A stretch of DNA of 64,000 nucleotides from Bacteroidota bacterium (lineage in GTDB: Bacteria; Bacteroidota; Ignavibacteria; UBA10030; SZUA-254), in NCBI GenBank assembly GCA_049515655.1, contig JBEKTW010000005.1:22721-86720 (forward strand), written 5' to 3'. This document shows positions 1 to 9,924 of this stretch, piece after piece. Under the pieces are notes generated by a model. It was not told the origin of the DNA. It was given only the letters and a program-made list of their open reading frames with translations, and made no database searches. Made by a program: the position numbers and the translations under genes. Every line of letters begins with the position of its first letter. The stretch's first letter is position 1.

Positions 1-1
1 G

Positions 2-363
2 AGCGGCGGCACTGGACCAAAAATCGACAAGAAACTTCTTACGTCGATTGTCCAAGGGAATTTCACGTTCGTCACTACAAGCACGATCCCGGCCCATGCA
101 GGCATACGGACATATTTCCTTGATACGACACTGGCATCCCCGATCATCCTTGTACCCGATTCCATAGATATTTTCCCTGGCAGCAATCTGTTTCATTACT
201 TCAAAATTACGCGCGACCAGGCTGTCAAATTCAACCAGGCAAACAAAATTGCGTTGAAGCTTCTCATGGACACGCCGATGCACCCTGCCGTTTTCGACAC
301 AACACAATACATCCGGGTGCGGTTGCTGGCCAATATCGTTTTCAACGTCGACCCAACGAAATA
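2..363 (+). CDS. 3' end of an upstream gene of unknown function (partial; N-terminus lies outside the window)
   Basis: Frame 2 is open from the window edge to TAA at 361-363. A GAGG motif then leads into the ATG at 378, which suggests translational coupling. No family was recognised. Confidence 0.35.
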
Positions 364-377
364 AGAGGACGACCACG

Positions 378-1949
378 ATGAATAGTGACACAATGAATTA
401 CCGGATTGTTCTCTTACTCTCAGCCATCATGATCCTCTTCGGATCATCATCGCTCCTCGCCGGAGATGAGCAAGCAAGCGTTGTCGGCATGAGCATGGCC
501 CGGACTTTCGTCGCCTCTTCTCGCGGCCTGGAGGCGATCGGGACGAATCCCGCGAATCTTACCCTACCGTACAAGGGAAGAATCATCGAGTACATCCACA
601 GGACGGTGATGCACGATTCGGTCATCGTGACGAAGGATTCATCGGGAATCGAATCGGAGCAGACGATTTCCGTCACCCATGACACACTGATTGCCCAGCG
701 GAAAACTCCGCCCGCAGTGACGTTCCAGCTTCTCCCCTCTTTTGGACTCAACCTGCGGACGGACTTCGTCAATTACGACATCTACAACAACTACTTTACC
801 GGGGTTGACACCGGCGGGCCGAACAAAGTGTCAAGGCACTTGAGCGACGACGACAAGAACAGCGTCCTCGGCCTCTTTCCTTCCGGGATCGCCGAGACGC
901 ACGCTGACATTGACATACGTCTCTTCGGGCTCACAATTCACAACGATTTCCTCGGCGACATCGGTTTCACCGTGACCGACCGGGCGGCAATGAATTTTGA
1001 CCTGCCCCAGGATTACGTGCGGTTCTTCTTCTTCGGGCTGGATTCGGCTGGTTCAACGTATAACCTGAGCGGCACAAACGTCCGCGCATGGTACCTGCGC
1101 GAGTACGCCTTCAGCTACGCCCGCAGACTTGCGTTCGTTCCGATCAAGGATTTTTCCTTCGGATTCAGTGTTAAGGAGATTCAGGGATACGCGGTGGTCA
1201 CGACCGAGAAATACAACGCGACGTTTGGAAATCAGGTCGTCCGTGATGATTCCGGGAGGATCAGCAACTATATCCTGAACGGGAATTTTGATTTCAGAGT
1301 TTTGAGGGCACAGAGCGATAATTTCAACGAAAAGACGTCTTTCACCCCGTTCCCCACTCCTGCGGGGACCGGGATCGGCATTGACCTGGGCGTCAACGGC
1401 GAGGTAATGCGCGGGGTCAGGGCGGGCCTGAGCGTCATCGATATCGGTTCCATCAACTGGACGGCAAACACGAAACAGCTCATCGCAACCACTGCCATTC
1501 ACATGACAAACCCGACATCGAGCGATCAAACCGACAGCTTGAAGACGGCCTTCAAAGGCAAGGATACACTGGCCGACGCTTTTTCGACACCTTTGCCCAC
1601 CTGTCTCCGGCTCGGCGCGGCGATCCAGGTGGACAATCTTCCGTTCATTTCGTGGTTTCCCGGTCAATGGCTGATAGCATGCGAGTATCTGCAAGGATTC
1701 AATGATTCACCGGGCAATTCAAAGCGGGCTCGATTTTCGTTCGGGACGGAGTACCGCCCTGTTTCGTTCCTGCCACTACGAACGGGCGTCTCTTTTGGCG
1801 GTATCGATCGGTTCAACTGGGCGGGAGGATTCGGGTTGGATTTCGGAGTGCTCAACTGGAACTTCGGAACGGAAAATATCGGTTTGATTCTCACGCCGCA
1901 CAGCTACCAGCAAGCCTCCTTCGGCATGAGCATGGTGTGGACAATCTAA
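378..1949 (+). CDS. hypothetical secreted or outer-membrane protein with an N-terminal signal peptide
   Basis: 523 aa ORF. The N-terminus MNYRIVLLLSAIMILFGSSSLLAG looks like a signal peptide. The protein is rich in Gly, Asn, Phe and Tyr in a beta-strand-like pattern. No specific family was recognised. Confidence 0.55.
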   Translation: MNSDTMNYRIVLLLSAIMILFGSSSLLAGDEQASVVGMSMARTFVASSRGLEAIGTNPANLTLPYKGRIIEYIHRTVMHDSVIVTKDSSGIESEQTISVTHDTLIAQRKTPPAVTFQLLPSFGLNLRTDFVNYDIYNNYFTGVDTGGPNKVSRHLSDDDKNSVLGLFPSGIAETHADIDIRLFGLTIHNDFLGDIGFTVTDRAAMNFDLPQDYVRFFFFGLDSAGSTYNLSGTNVRAWYLREYAFSYARRLAFVPIKDFSFGFSVKEIQGYAVVTTEKYNATFGNQVVRDDSGRISNYILNGNFDFRVLRAQSDNFNEKTSFTPFPTPAGTGIGIDLGVNGEVMRGVRAGLSVIDIGSINWTANTKQLIATTAIHMTNPTSSDQTDSLKTAFKGKDTLADAFSTPLPTCLRLGAAIQVDNLPFISWFPGQWLIACEYLQGFNDSPGNSKRARFSFGTEYRPVSFLPLRTGVSFGGIDRFNWAGGFGLDFGVLNWNFGTENIGLILTPHSYQQASFGMSMVWTI

Positions 1950-1994
1950 CACGGGTAGCGCGGCCCACGTCTGACGCGGGCCGCGCTCATCCGC

Positions 1995-3386
1995 TCACAG
2001 AATATATTTGCTCAAATCCCTGTCCTTCACTATCCCGCTGAGCTTTTCCTCAACCATTTCTTTCGTCACCGATATCGATTTCCCCGCGTACTTGTCCGGT
2101 GAGTTAAAAAGGACTTCTTCCAGCACGGTCGTCAATATGGTATGGAGGCGGCGCGCACCGATATTCTCAACCTGCTCGTTGACCTGAGTCGCGATCCGGG
2201 CGACTTCACGAATTCCTTCCGGCGTGAACTCGAGATTCACACCTTCCGTTTCCAACAATGCAACATACTGTTTGATGAGCGCGGCTTGGGGCAGGGTGAG
2301 GATTTTCACAAAATCATCCTCCGACAGGCTGTTGAGCTCGACACGAATCGGGAACCGTCCCTGGAGCTCGGGAATCAGGTCGGACGGCTTCGTATTATGG
2401 AACGCCCCGGAGGCGATGAACAGAATGTGGTCCGTTTTCACCATGCCGTATTTCGTCAGGACGTTTGAACCTTCGACGATCGGCAGAAGGTCGCGCTGAA
2501 CCCCTTCACGGGAGACATCGGGCCCGGCGGATTGGCCCGTGGAACTGGCAATCTTGTCGATCTCGTCGATGAACACGATTCCTGCGTTCTCAACGCGATT
2601 GAGCGCGTCCTTGACCACCGCGTCCATATCGATAAGTTTGTCGGCTTCTTCCTGCGCCAGGACGACGCGCGCTTCGGCAACGCTCATCTTTCGCTTCTTG
2701 GTCCGCTTCGGCAGCATGTTGCCGAAAATCTCCTGGATGTTAATGCCCATCTCCTCAACGCTCAACGGCCCGAGAACCTGCATCGTGGGCATCTGGCTCG
2801 CCGCGATGTCGACCTCAATCGTCCGTTCCTCAAGTTCTCCCGCGCGCAGTTTTTCCCTGAATTTCTCACGCGTCGCATTTGCTTCGTCCGTCTCATTCAC
2901 AATTTCTGCAGTTCCTTCAACGCCCGCGTTCTGACGGCGCCTCAGCGGCGGTATGAGAATATCCAGGATCCGGTCCTCCGCCAACCGCGCGGCTTTGTCC
3001 CGGATCTCCGTGGCTTGCTCGGCCTTCACCATGTTAACCGCAAACTCGGTCAAATCTCTGATCATCGATTCGACGTCTCTTCCGACGTAGCCGACTTCGG
3101 TGAATTTCGAGGCCTCGACTTTGATAAACGGCGCATCGACGAGTCTCGCGAGGCGGCGCGCTATTTCCGTTTTCCCGACGCCCGTCGGACCAATCAGGAT
3201 AATGTTGTTTGGCATGATCTCTTCCCGGAGATTCTCGGACGTCTGCAATCGGCGCCAGCGATTTCGGATCGCGATAGCAACCGATTTCTTGGCGGCTTGC
3301 TGACCGATGATATAGCGGTCAAGCTCCCGCACGATCTCCCGGGGCGTCAATTCGTGCTTAGGTTCTTTTTTTGTCTTTTTGTTCAT
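1995..3386 (-). CDS. hslU: ATP-dependent protease ATPase subunit HslU
   Basis: 463 aa with a Walker A motif [15 protein letters not shown] and an AAA+ ClpX-like layout throughout. It lies downstream of hslV. Confidence 0.95.
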   Translation of the reverse strand: MNKKTKKEPKHELTPREIVRELDRYIIGQQAAKKSVAIAIRNRWRRLQTSENLREEIMPNNIILIGPTGVGKTEIARRLARLVDAPFIKVEASKFTEVGYVGRDVESMIRDLTEFAVNMVKAEQATEIRDKAARLAEDRILDILIPPLRRRQNAGVEGTAEIVNETDEANATREKFREKLRAGELEERTIEVDIAASQMPTMQVLGPLSVEEMGINIQEIFGNMLPKRTKKRKMSVAEARVVLAQEEADKLIDMDAVVKDALNRVENAGIVFIDEIDKIASSTGQSAGPDVSREGVQRDLLPIVEGSNVLTKYGMVKTDHILFIASGAFHNTKPSDLIPELQGRFPIRVELNSLSEDDFVKILTLPQAALIKQYVALLETEGVNLEFTPEGIREVARIATQVNEQVENIGARRLHTILTTVLEEVLFNSPDKYAGKSISVTKEMVEEKLSGIVKDRDLSKYIL

Positions 3387-3404
3387 TCTAGCAATTTCAA
3401 AGCA

Positions 3405-3723
3405 AGAGCATGGTACTTGGTTCTTGGTTCTTAGTTATTAGTTCTTGGTTATTTGTTATTTGTCATTAGTCACTGGTCATTTGTCATTGGTCATTGGTTC
3501 TTGCTTCTGGCTTCTAGCTTTTAGCTGTTGGCTTTTGGTTCTTAGTTGTCAGTTCGTTGTCATTGTTCATTAATCATTGGTCATTATTCACTACTACATA
3601 GCTACATAACTACTCAACTACCTAACTACTCCATCTCACCGCTTCACCCCATCTCCCCTTCATCATCTTAACTACTTAACTATTCAACCACCTAACCACT
3701 CAACTACCGAACTACCTAACTAC
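3405..3723 (-). repeat. copy 1 of a purine-rich, stop-codon-dense intergenic repeat family that fills the hslV-hslU gap in sense orientation
   Basis: The reverse complement of 3405-3723 aligns with 18293-18633 and partly with 48090-48346. Shared blocks are gtagttaggtagttgagtagttatgtagctatgtagtagtgaataatgaccaatgattaatgaacaa..., ctaagaaccaaaagccaacagctaaa and ggggtgaagcggtgag. The sense strand almost lacks C in one section and T in another. Confidence 0.8.
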
Positions 3724-4272
3724 TCAACTACTTATTTCCAAATCCTCCACCACAATATTCTTGTTCGTATAAATGCAAATCTCGCTCGCTGCCGCCAGTG
3801 ACTCCGCCACAATCTCCTTTGCCGAGAGGTCGGTATGCTTCACCAGCATCCGGGCGGCGGCCAGGGCATAACTGCCTCCCGAACCTATTGCGACAATACC
3901 GTCATCGGGCTCGATGACTTCACCGGTACCGGAGATGATGAGTGCTTGTTCTTTGTTGACGACCGCAAGGAGGGCTTCGAGATGCCGGAGGTATTTATCC
4001 GTGCGCCATGCCTTTGCCAGCTCGACCGCCGCGCGCAGCAGGTTACCGTGGTACTGCTGGAGGCGGTCTTCGAACCGCTCGAACAGCGTAAACGCGTCCG
4101 CAGCGGCGCCGGCAAATCCCGCGAGCACCGAATCGTTGTAGATCTTTCTGATTTTTCTGGCATGCTGCTTCATAATCGTCGTACCGACGGTGACCTGGCC
4201 GTCGCCGCCGATGACGGCATGCCCCTTGTGCCTCAACCCGAGAACGGTCGTTGAACGTATGATATTTGGCAT
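3724..4272 (-). CDS. hslV: ATP-dependent protease subunit HslV
   Basis: 182 aa. The N-terminal [23 protein letters not shown] matches the HslV Ntn-hydrolase signature. Confidence 0.95.
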   Translation of the reverse strand: MPNIIRSTTVLGLRHKGHAVIGGDGQVTVGTTIMKQHARKIRKIYNDSVLAGFAGAAADAFTLFERFEDRLQQYHGNLLRAAVELAKAWRTDKYLRHLEALLAVVNKEQALIISGTGEVIEPDDGIVAIGSGGSYALAAARMLVKHTDLSAKEIVAESLAAASEICIYTNKNIVVEDLEISS

Positions 4273-4290
4273 GGATGTGTAAAGTTGTGG

Positions 4291-5745
4291 TTAGAGTTTC
4301 CGCCTGAGTCTGGCGATGGGGATATTCATCGACTCACGGTACTTTGCGACTGTGCGACGGGCGATGTTCAGTCCCTCCTGTCGAAGCCTTTCCGCAATGC
4401 GGTCGTCATTCAACGGATGATTCGGCTCTTCCGTTTCAATGATTCCCCGGATTTTTTTCTTGACTTCTTTGTTCGAAATTTCCTCGCCGCTTGTCGTGCG
4501 AATCGAATCGCTGAAGAAGTGCCGCAGCTCGAAGACACCGTATTCGGTTTGAACATACTTCCCGTTGACGACCCTGCTGATGGTGGAAATATCCATACCG
4601 ATCGTTTCCGCGATATCCTTGTAGATCATCGGTTTCAGATTCTCCCCCGTCTCGAAGAAGTCCCTCTGCCGCTCGACGATCGACCGCATGACCTTCATCA
4701 TCGTTTCGCGCCGCTGGTAGATCGACGCAACAAACCATTTCGCGCGCTCGAATTGCTTGCGGATAAAATCCTTCGTTTCGGCCGACGCGCCGTTGTTCCT
4801 TCGCTTCGACATCATTTCCTTGTACGTCCGGTTAATCCGGAGCGGCGGTACATTCTTGTCGTTCAGCATGATAATGAAATCGGCGCGATCCCTCTCCACG
4901 ATAAAATCCGGTGTGACGTAGTTCTGCTGCGTGATGAATTCCCCTTCCCCCGGTTTGGGATTCAGCTTTTGAATCAGTTCAATCACGATCCTCAGATGGT
5001 CGAGGTCGATGTGCATGATGTTCGCGAGTTCCTGGTAGTGCTTCATCGAGAATTCATTCCAGTACTCACGAATGATCCTGAGAGCAAGGTCTTTGAGGCG
5101 GGGTTCAAACTCACCCACATCAAGCTGCGCGGTGAGACACTCCTGGAGGTTGCGTGCGCCGATTCCGGGCGGATCGAGATGCTGAATCTGCAGGAGGATC
5201 TCCTCGGCTCGCTGCGGATTCACCGAGAGGCCGCTCGACAAACTGAGGTCCTGTACGATCAGCGAAAGGTCCCGCCGGAGATAACCGTCCTCATCGATAT
5301 TGCCGATGACTTCTTCACCCAGGAGCTCCTCGTCGGGACTGAGATTGAGAAGGCGGAGCTGGTCGATGATGCGCTGCGAGAGGGGAATATCGGCGGGCAG
5401 CGGCATGTCGTCCCGGTCTTCATCGACGCGATTCATGTAACCCGTCTTGTATCCCGAGAGGTCATCGTTCATGTAGTCTTCGAACGTATAACCATCGCCA
5501 TCCTTCGTCGCATTCGGGTCATCGGCCACGGCAGACGCGTCCGACGCAACGGCAGCAACCTCCTCCTTCTCGCGCTCCTGCTGGGGCTCCATCTCTTCTT
5601 CTTCTTCCAGCAAGGGGTTCACCTCGAGTTCCTCCTTGATCCGCTGCTCGAGAGCAAGCACCGGCAACTGCAGCAGCTTGAGGTACTGGACCTGCTGCGG
5701 CGTCAGTTTCTGAAGAAGTTGTTGATGTTGAGATAACGTCTGCAT
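4291..5745 (-). CDS. rpoN: RNA polymerase sigma-54 factor RpoN
   Basis: 484 aa. The C-terminus carries the RpoN box ARRTVAKYRE and a helix-turn-helix, and a Gln/Leu-rich N-terminal region is present. Confidence 0.95.
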   Translation of the reverse strand: MQTLSQHQQLLQKLTPQQVQYLKLLQLPVLALEQRIKEELEVNPLLEEEEEMEPQQEREKEEVAAVASDASAVADDPNATKDGDGYTFEDYMNDDLSGYKTGYMNRVDEDRDDMPLPADIPLSQRIIDQLRLLNLSPDEELLGEEVIGNIDEDGYLRRDLSLIVQDLSLSSGLSVNPQRAEEILLQIQHLDPPGIGARNLQECLTAQLDVGEFEPRLKDLALRIIREYWNEFSMKHYQELANIMHIDLDHLRIVIELIQKLNPKPGEGEFITQQNYVTPDFIVERDRADFIIMLNDKNVPPLRINRTYKEMMSKRRNNGASAETKDFIRKQFERAKWFVASIYQRRETMMKVMRSIVERQRDFFETGENLKPMIYKDIAETIGMDISTISRVVNGKYVQTEYGVFELRHFFSDSIRTTSGEEISNKEVKKKIRGIIETEEPNHPLNDDRIAERLRQEGLNIARRTVAKYRESMNIPIARLRRKL

Positions 5746-5758
5746 GAATACCGGGAAC

Positions 5759-6361
5759 CTACTTCAAAAAATTCATGAGAGAAAACTTTTTGTGACTTTG
5801 CCCGTCGTGAAGACGGCATTCCTTCCGAAATTCTTCATACCACGTTTCACCGTACTTGCGAATGAGTGCATTTTTCAGAAAATCATACATCAAAATTCCC
5901 TCGTCCCGGCCGTGTTCGACCGCCGGGGCGCATTGCGCGATTTTTTCATACCGGAGAGTCTTCACGGAACCGCAGGAGATCCTTATCGGGAACAAATGGC
6001 ACGAAATCGGTTTGCGCCACGCGATCACTCCGTCGATATGACCTTTCTCGAGTGAACAACGCGCGATACCGTCTTCGTAGTACACAAAAACACACGCTTT
6101 GTCGTCAACGCAGGTCGTGGTGAAGTTGCCGGGGGTTCCCTCGTACAATCCATGCTGAGCGATGGTTTGAAGATGGTACTCCGAAAGGTGGTTCTTGACA
6201 ACGGGGAATGCCCGTTCAAGTTCTATCAGCTCATCGTCGTCGAGGGGTGCCCCTCGACCGCCCGAAAGCGTACAACAGGCACCTCTGCACTTCACCACAT
6301 CACATGCGAAGCGTTCATGCGCAATTTGTTCGTCTATAAGAGCTTCGCCGATTACAAACAT
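5759..6361 (-). CDS. Cys-rich conserved hypothetical protein (DUF3109-like)
   Basis: 200 aa with conserved cysteines (CRGACC and other Cys/His residues). Size and pattern fit the DUF3109 family as I remember it. It ends 13 nt upstream of the rpoN start on the same strand. Confidence 0.55.
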   Translation of the reverse strand: MFVIGEALIDEQIAHERFACDVVKCRGACCTLSGGRGAPLDDDELIELERAFPVVKNHLSEYHLQTIAQHGLYEGTPGNFTTTCVDDKACVFVYYEDGIARCSLEKGHIDGVIAWRKPISCHLFPIRISCGSVKTLRYEKIAQCAPAVEHGRDEGILMYDFLKNALIRKYGETWYEEFRKECRLHDGQSHKKFSLMNFLK

Positions 6362-6459
6362 AACGCTCTCTTAACATACGAAACATATCTCAAAAACAAA
6401 AATCGTGCCTCAGGTTACTCTCTCGATTTCCTTCATTATCCGGCAGGATTACATTGTTT

Positions 6460-7623
6460 TCATGATCTGACAAACATCTTTCCCGGCATCTGCTGCACAA
6501 GGCCCTTGAACTCCAGATTTAGAAGATGAACGAGTGCATCCGACGTTGAAAGTTTCGCGGACTCGGCGATGCTGTCGATGTGGCGGGGCTCGTCGGAAAG
6601 CACGTCCCATATGGCTTTTTCGAAGAGTGTCAGATCCGGCGATGGCGCGCTTTCCTGCCTGACGGAATCCTTCACGAGCGGTCTCAATTTGGATGCCAGC
6701 TCCGCGAGTATATCATCGAAGCATTCGACGAGCTTGGCGCGGCCACTCTTGACCAGCGCATGGCACCCCCGGCTCTGTTTCACGCCCACATTGCCCGGAA
6801 CCGCAAACACTTCCCTGTTCTGATCGAGCGCGGTGTTCGCGGTGATCATCGCCCCGCCGTTAACGTCGGTCTCGATGACGAGCGTCCCCAGCGACAGTCC
6901 GCTTATGATGCGATTGCGGCGTGGAAAGTTTCCGGCATCGGGCTTCGTCCCCATTTCATACTCTGAGATCACCGCACCGTGTGCGGCGATCCTCTCGAAG
7001 AGATTCCTGTTTTCCGGCGGATAGGGAACATCCAGTCCGGAACCGATGACAGCGATCGTTCGTCCGCCTGCCTTGAGAGTCGAAGCGTGAACAATGGTGT
7101 CGACGCCTCTCGCGAGTCCGCTCACAACGGGGATGCCGATTTTGCAGAATTCCTGCACGAACTTCCCCGCGATCGTTGTGCCGTAGGGCGTCGGCGAGCG
7201 TGTGCCGACGATCGCGATTGCGAACCGGTCTTGCTCCGCAAAATCTCCCCGCACGAAGAGAAAAGGCGGCGGGTCATAGATCTTTTTCAACAAGTCCGGA
7301 TACTCCTTGTCCCAGAACGTGACAATCCTCCCCCCGGCTTTATTCAGCCGGGAAAGCTGCAGCTCGGCGTAGTTCTTTGCATCCTTATATCCCGAACTTC
7401 CGATGAAATGAACTATCTCCGAGGCCAGTTTCTTGCTGAAACCCTCCACTGCCGCAATCTCCCTCGGGGAAGACTCGACAACGACCGACGGGTCTCCGAA
7501 ATGGGATATGAGCACCCTTAACCGGTTCGGACCGATGTTGGGGATCTGCGATAGAACCAATAGATCAAAAACCGGAAACATGCCTCTCCTCCTCTGCCTC
7601 TCCCGGAGTCTATGCGCCGACAA
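6460..7623 (-). CDS. dprA: DNA processing protein DprA (Smf)
   Basis: 387 aa. It contains the DprA Rossmann-like core FAIAIVGTRSPTPYG...GLARGVDTIVH...GSGLDVPYPPENRNLF. Confidence 0.9.
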   Translation of the reverse strand: MSAHRLRERQRRRGMFPVFDLLVLSQIPNIGPNRLRVLISHFGDPSVVVESSPREIAAVEGFSKKLASEIVHFIGSSGYKDAKNYAELQLSRLNKAGGRIVTFWDKEYPDLLKKIYDPPPFLFVRGDFAEQDRFAIAIVGTRSPTPYGTTIAGKFVQEFCKIGIPVVSGLARGVDTIVHASTLKAGGRTIAVIGSGLDVPYPPENRNLFERIAAHGAVISEYEMGTKPDAGNFPRRNRIISGLSLGTLVIETDVNGGAMITANTALDQNREVFAVPGNVGVKQSRGCHALVKSGRAKLVECFDDILAELASKLRPLVKDSVRQESAPSPDLTLFEKAIWDVLSDEPRHIDSIAESAKLSTSDALVHLLNLEFKGLVQQMPGKMFVRS

Positions 7624-7649
7624 TCGTCATGCGAAACTCCGGTTGTGTG

Positions 7650-7922
7650 TTATCCTTTGACCTCCAATCCGTCCACGACTGCGACAATAACCGTGTGGAC
7701 GGGTATTTTCTTATTCCCCAAAACCTGGACGGCTCCCTGGCCTTCCTGGATCGTGAGCACCGTATCACCGACGCCGGCGTCCACCGAATCGATGGCGAGA
7801 ACATCGCGACCGATGAACTTTCCATCAAGGTCAATCGGTTGAACGATGAGGATCTTCTTGCCTTTCAGATGTTCGTTCTTTTGTGTGGCAACGATCGTAC
7901 CGATGACTTTTCCGAGAGTCAT
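7650..7922 (-). CDS. EutN/CcmL-family (BMC-P) microcompartment vertex protein; an orphan copy
   Basis: 90 aa. The sequence MTLGKVIGTIVATQKNEHLKGKKILIVQ...DSVDAGVGDTVL...VHTVIVAVVDGLEV follows the EutN/CcmL pattern G.VIGTVV.T.K...L.G.KLL.V...D..GAG.G..VL...PVDAVVVG.VD. Confidence 0.6.
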   Translation of the reverse strand: MTLGKVIGTIVATQKNEHLKGKKILIVQPIDLDGKFIGRDVLAIDSVDAGVGDTVLTIQEGQGAVQVLGNKKIPVHTVIVAVVDGLEVKG

Positions 7923-7929
7923 ACTTACT

Positions 7930-9327
7930 TTAGGATGTTTTTATTAGTCTCGTGAATTGTGCTACCAGTTGCCGGGACCGCCGTTTCGACGGCGCCTCGG
8001 CAATAATACGGATGATCGGTTCGGTATTAGATTTGCGCAGGTGAACCCATGAATCGGCAAAGTCGATCTTCAGTCCGTCCCGGACGTTTACCGTTCCCTT
8101 CTTCTCATTCCTGTGCCGGATCCTGTCAAGGAGCCGGTCGACATTCTTTTTGGCGACCATTACCTTCGATTTCGTGATTACATACCGGGGCAAGGTGGCC
8201 TTCAGCTCGGACAGCGTCCCGCCAAATTCACAAAGGTGTTGCAGGATAAGTGCGATGCCGACAATCGCATCTCTCCCGTAGTGCACTGCCGGCAGGATCA
8301 CGCCTCCGCTTCCCTCGCCGCCGACAACCGCACCGACTTCCTTCATTTTCCGGGCAACATTGATCTCACCGACCGGTGTCCGGATCACCCTGGCACCGAA
8401 TTTTCCGGCAACGTCATCAACCGCGCGGGTCGTCGAGAGGTTGACGACGACGGACAGTGAACGCTTCCGGCCATTCCCGGGAAGGCGGATGGATCCTTTG
8501 TGCGCTCGAATGCGCGGGAGGATGAAATCCACGACAGAAGTGACGGTATATTCTTCACCGAATGGTTCTCCCCGTTCCGTTATCAGTACAAGCCGGTCGA
8601 CGTCGGGGTCAACGGCAATGCCGAGGTCGGCGCCCTCCGCCCGGACACGCCGGCAGAGTGCTTTGAGGTTCTCCGGAATCGGTTCGGGAGTGTGGGCGAA
8701 CACACCGCTCACGTCGCAATTCATTTCAATGACGGTGCAGCCAAGCTTCCGCAGCAGTCGGGGAACAATCATCCCGCCCGCTGCATTGACGCAATCGACG
8801 ACAACTTTGAATCCCCGTTCCCGAATTTCGCCCGCGTGCACATACGGCAGTCGTGTAACCATATCGATGTGCCTCCAGATGAAAGTATCATCCGGGGTAT
8901 GCTTTCCCATCTTATTCCACGGGCTGTAGGAGAAATTGCCGCGGTCGGCGATGGCCATGAGCCGTTTGTTCTCTGCGGCGTTGAGGAACATACCGGTTTT
9001 ACCGAGGAACTTCAGCCCGTTCCATTGCACGGGATTGTGACTGGCAGTGATGGAGATTCCCCCGTCGGCATGAAGTTGTTCGACGGCAATCTGGATAGTC
9101 GGGGTCGGCACAACGCCAAGCGCCACCACATCGCATCCCATCGAAAGGAGTGTCGAGGAAACCAGATTTCCAATGACCTTTCCTGAAATTCTCCCATCCC
9201 TTCCGATGACCACGGTCCCCCGATTGCAGTATTGCGCGAAGGCACCGGAATACTTCAGGATGACGTCGGGGGTAAGGCCGTCACCGATGACACCGCGAAC
9301 GCCCGAAATGCTGACCATCAACGACAT
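7930..9327 (-). CDS. glmM: phosphoglucosamine mutase (Bacteroidetes-type GlmM; phosphohexomutase family)
   Basis: 465 aa. N-terminus SISGVRGVIGDGLTPDVILKYSGAFAQY, active-site region TASHNP and the metal loop GIAVDPDVDR are all present. Confidence 0.85.
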   Translation of the reverse strand: MSLMVSISGVRGVIGDGLTPDVILKYSGAFAQYCNRGTVVIGRDGRISGKVIGNLVSSTLLSMGCDVVALGVVPTPTIQIAVEQLHADGGISITASHNPVQWNGLKFLGKTGMFLNAAENKRLMAIADRGNFSYSPWNKMGKHTPDDTFIWRHIDMVTRLPYVHAGEIRERGFKVVVDCVNAAGGMIVPRLLRKLGCTVIEMNCDVSGVFAHTPEPIPENLKALCRRVRAEGADLGIAVDPDVDRLVLITERGEPFGEEYTVTSVVDFILPRIRAHKGSIRLPGNGRKRSLSVVVNLSTTRAVDDVAGKFGARVIRTPVGEINVARKMKEVGAVVGGEGSGGVILPAVHYGRDAIVGIALILQHLCEFGGTLSELKATLPRYVITKSKVMVAKKNVDRLLDRIRHRNEKKGTVNVRDGLKIDFADSWVHLRKSNTEPIIRIIAEAPSKRRSRQLVAQFTRLIKTS

Positions 9328-9702
9328 GACGACGACTTTCGGGAGTAGTGGAGTATTGGATTATTGGAGTGTTGCATATTCTGCCGATAAATGTAGCAAA
9401 GATGGGCATGAGAAGCAAGAAAAGAAGGTAATTTCAGGTAGTGGATCAATTTGGTCTGCCGTTATATCTCAGACCGACATGGCAGGGGAACGACGACATT
9501 ACGTCCCCTCTTGCCGAAGGCATCTCTCGGGACGAGAGGGGACTATAGGGGTGTGTTGATGACCGATCGCATTCTGTGTATGTAAGTGAGAGTGATGTGT
9601 CATCCCCAGTTACCCACCCCGTCGACTTCGTCGACACCCCTCCAAGGAGGGGACTTCCCTTTCCCCGCAGTTCAAAGTGAGTCAGTACCGATTCTTTGGA
9701 TT

Positions 9703-9728
9703 GTTTGAAAATGAATCGGAATTTCCGT
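9703..9728 (+). repeat. left 26-bp direct repeat (att-like) bounding the 9.7-14.9 kb island
   Basis: gtttgaaaatgaatcggaatttccgt occurs exactly here and again at 14836-14861. An exact 26-mer shared by chance in 64 kb is extremely unlikely. Confidence 0.85.
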
Positions 9729-9734
9729 TTGTAG

Positions 9735-9836
9735 TTTTGCCAGAACAAGATAAAAGAATTTATTACGAAGCTGCATATACCGGGAAGTGATCCACGAATC
9801 AAGGAGTTGGAGAAAAAGCTGGGTATCAGTGATTGA
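9735..9836 (+). pseudogene. C-terminal gene remnant (...IKELEKKLGISD*) directly after the left direct repeat
   Basis: A 33-codon open frame with no start codon ends at TGA 9834-9836. Homologous remnants (...FIKELDLEEKDLLKKLGQ*) recur at about 11095-11152 and, truncated, at about 10425-10452. Confidence 0.4.
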
Positions 9837-9863
9837 ATCTGCCGAGATCGTTTCGGTTTTCAC

Positions 9864-9900
9864 AAAGCCGGGCGTTTACAGAGCACCCGGCTTTTTTATT
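9864..9900 (+). terminator. rho-independent terminator-like hairpin with a T-tract; this is cassette repeat a
   Basis: aaagccgggcgtttacagagcacccggcttttttatt has an 8-bp GC stem followed by T6. Related hairpins lie at 10456-10521 and 11181-11210. Confidence 0.6.
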
Positions 9901-9924
9901 GCACATAATTCGTCTGAGACGCCG

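Noticed and set aside
9328-9702. Possible tRNA or small RNA in the glmM upstream region, which is the expected integration target next to the island
   Set aside because: No T-loop or cloverleaf-like sequence is visible by eye, only a 10-bp hairpin (gtcccctctt...agaggggac). This needs tRNAscan or Infernal, so it is neither asserted nor excluded.
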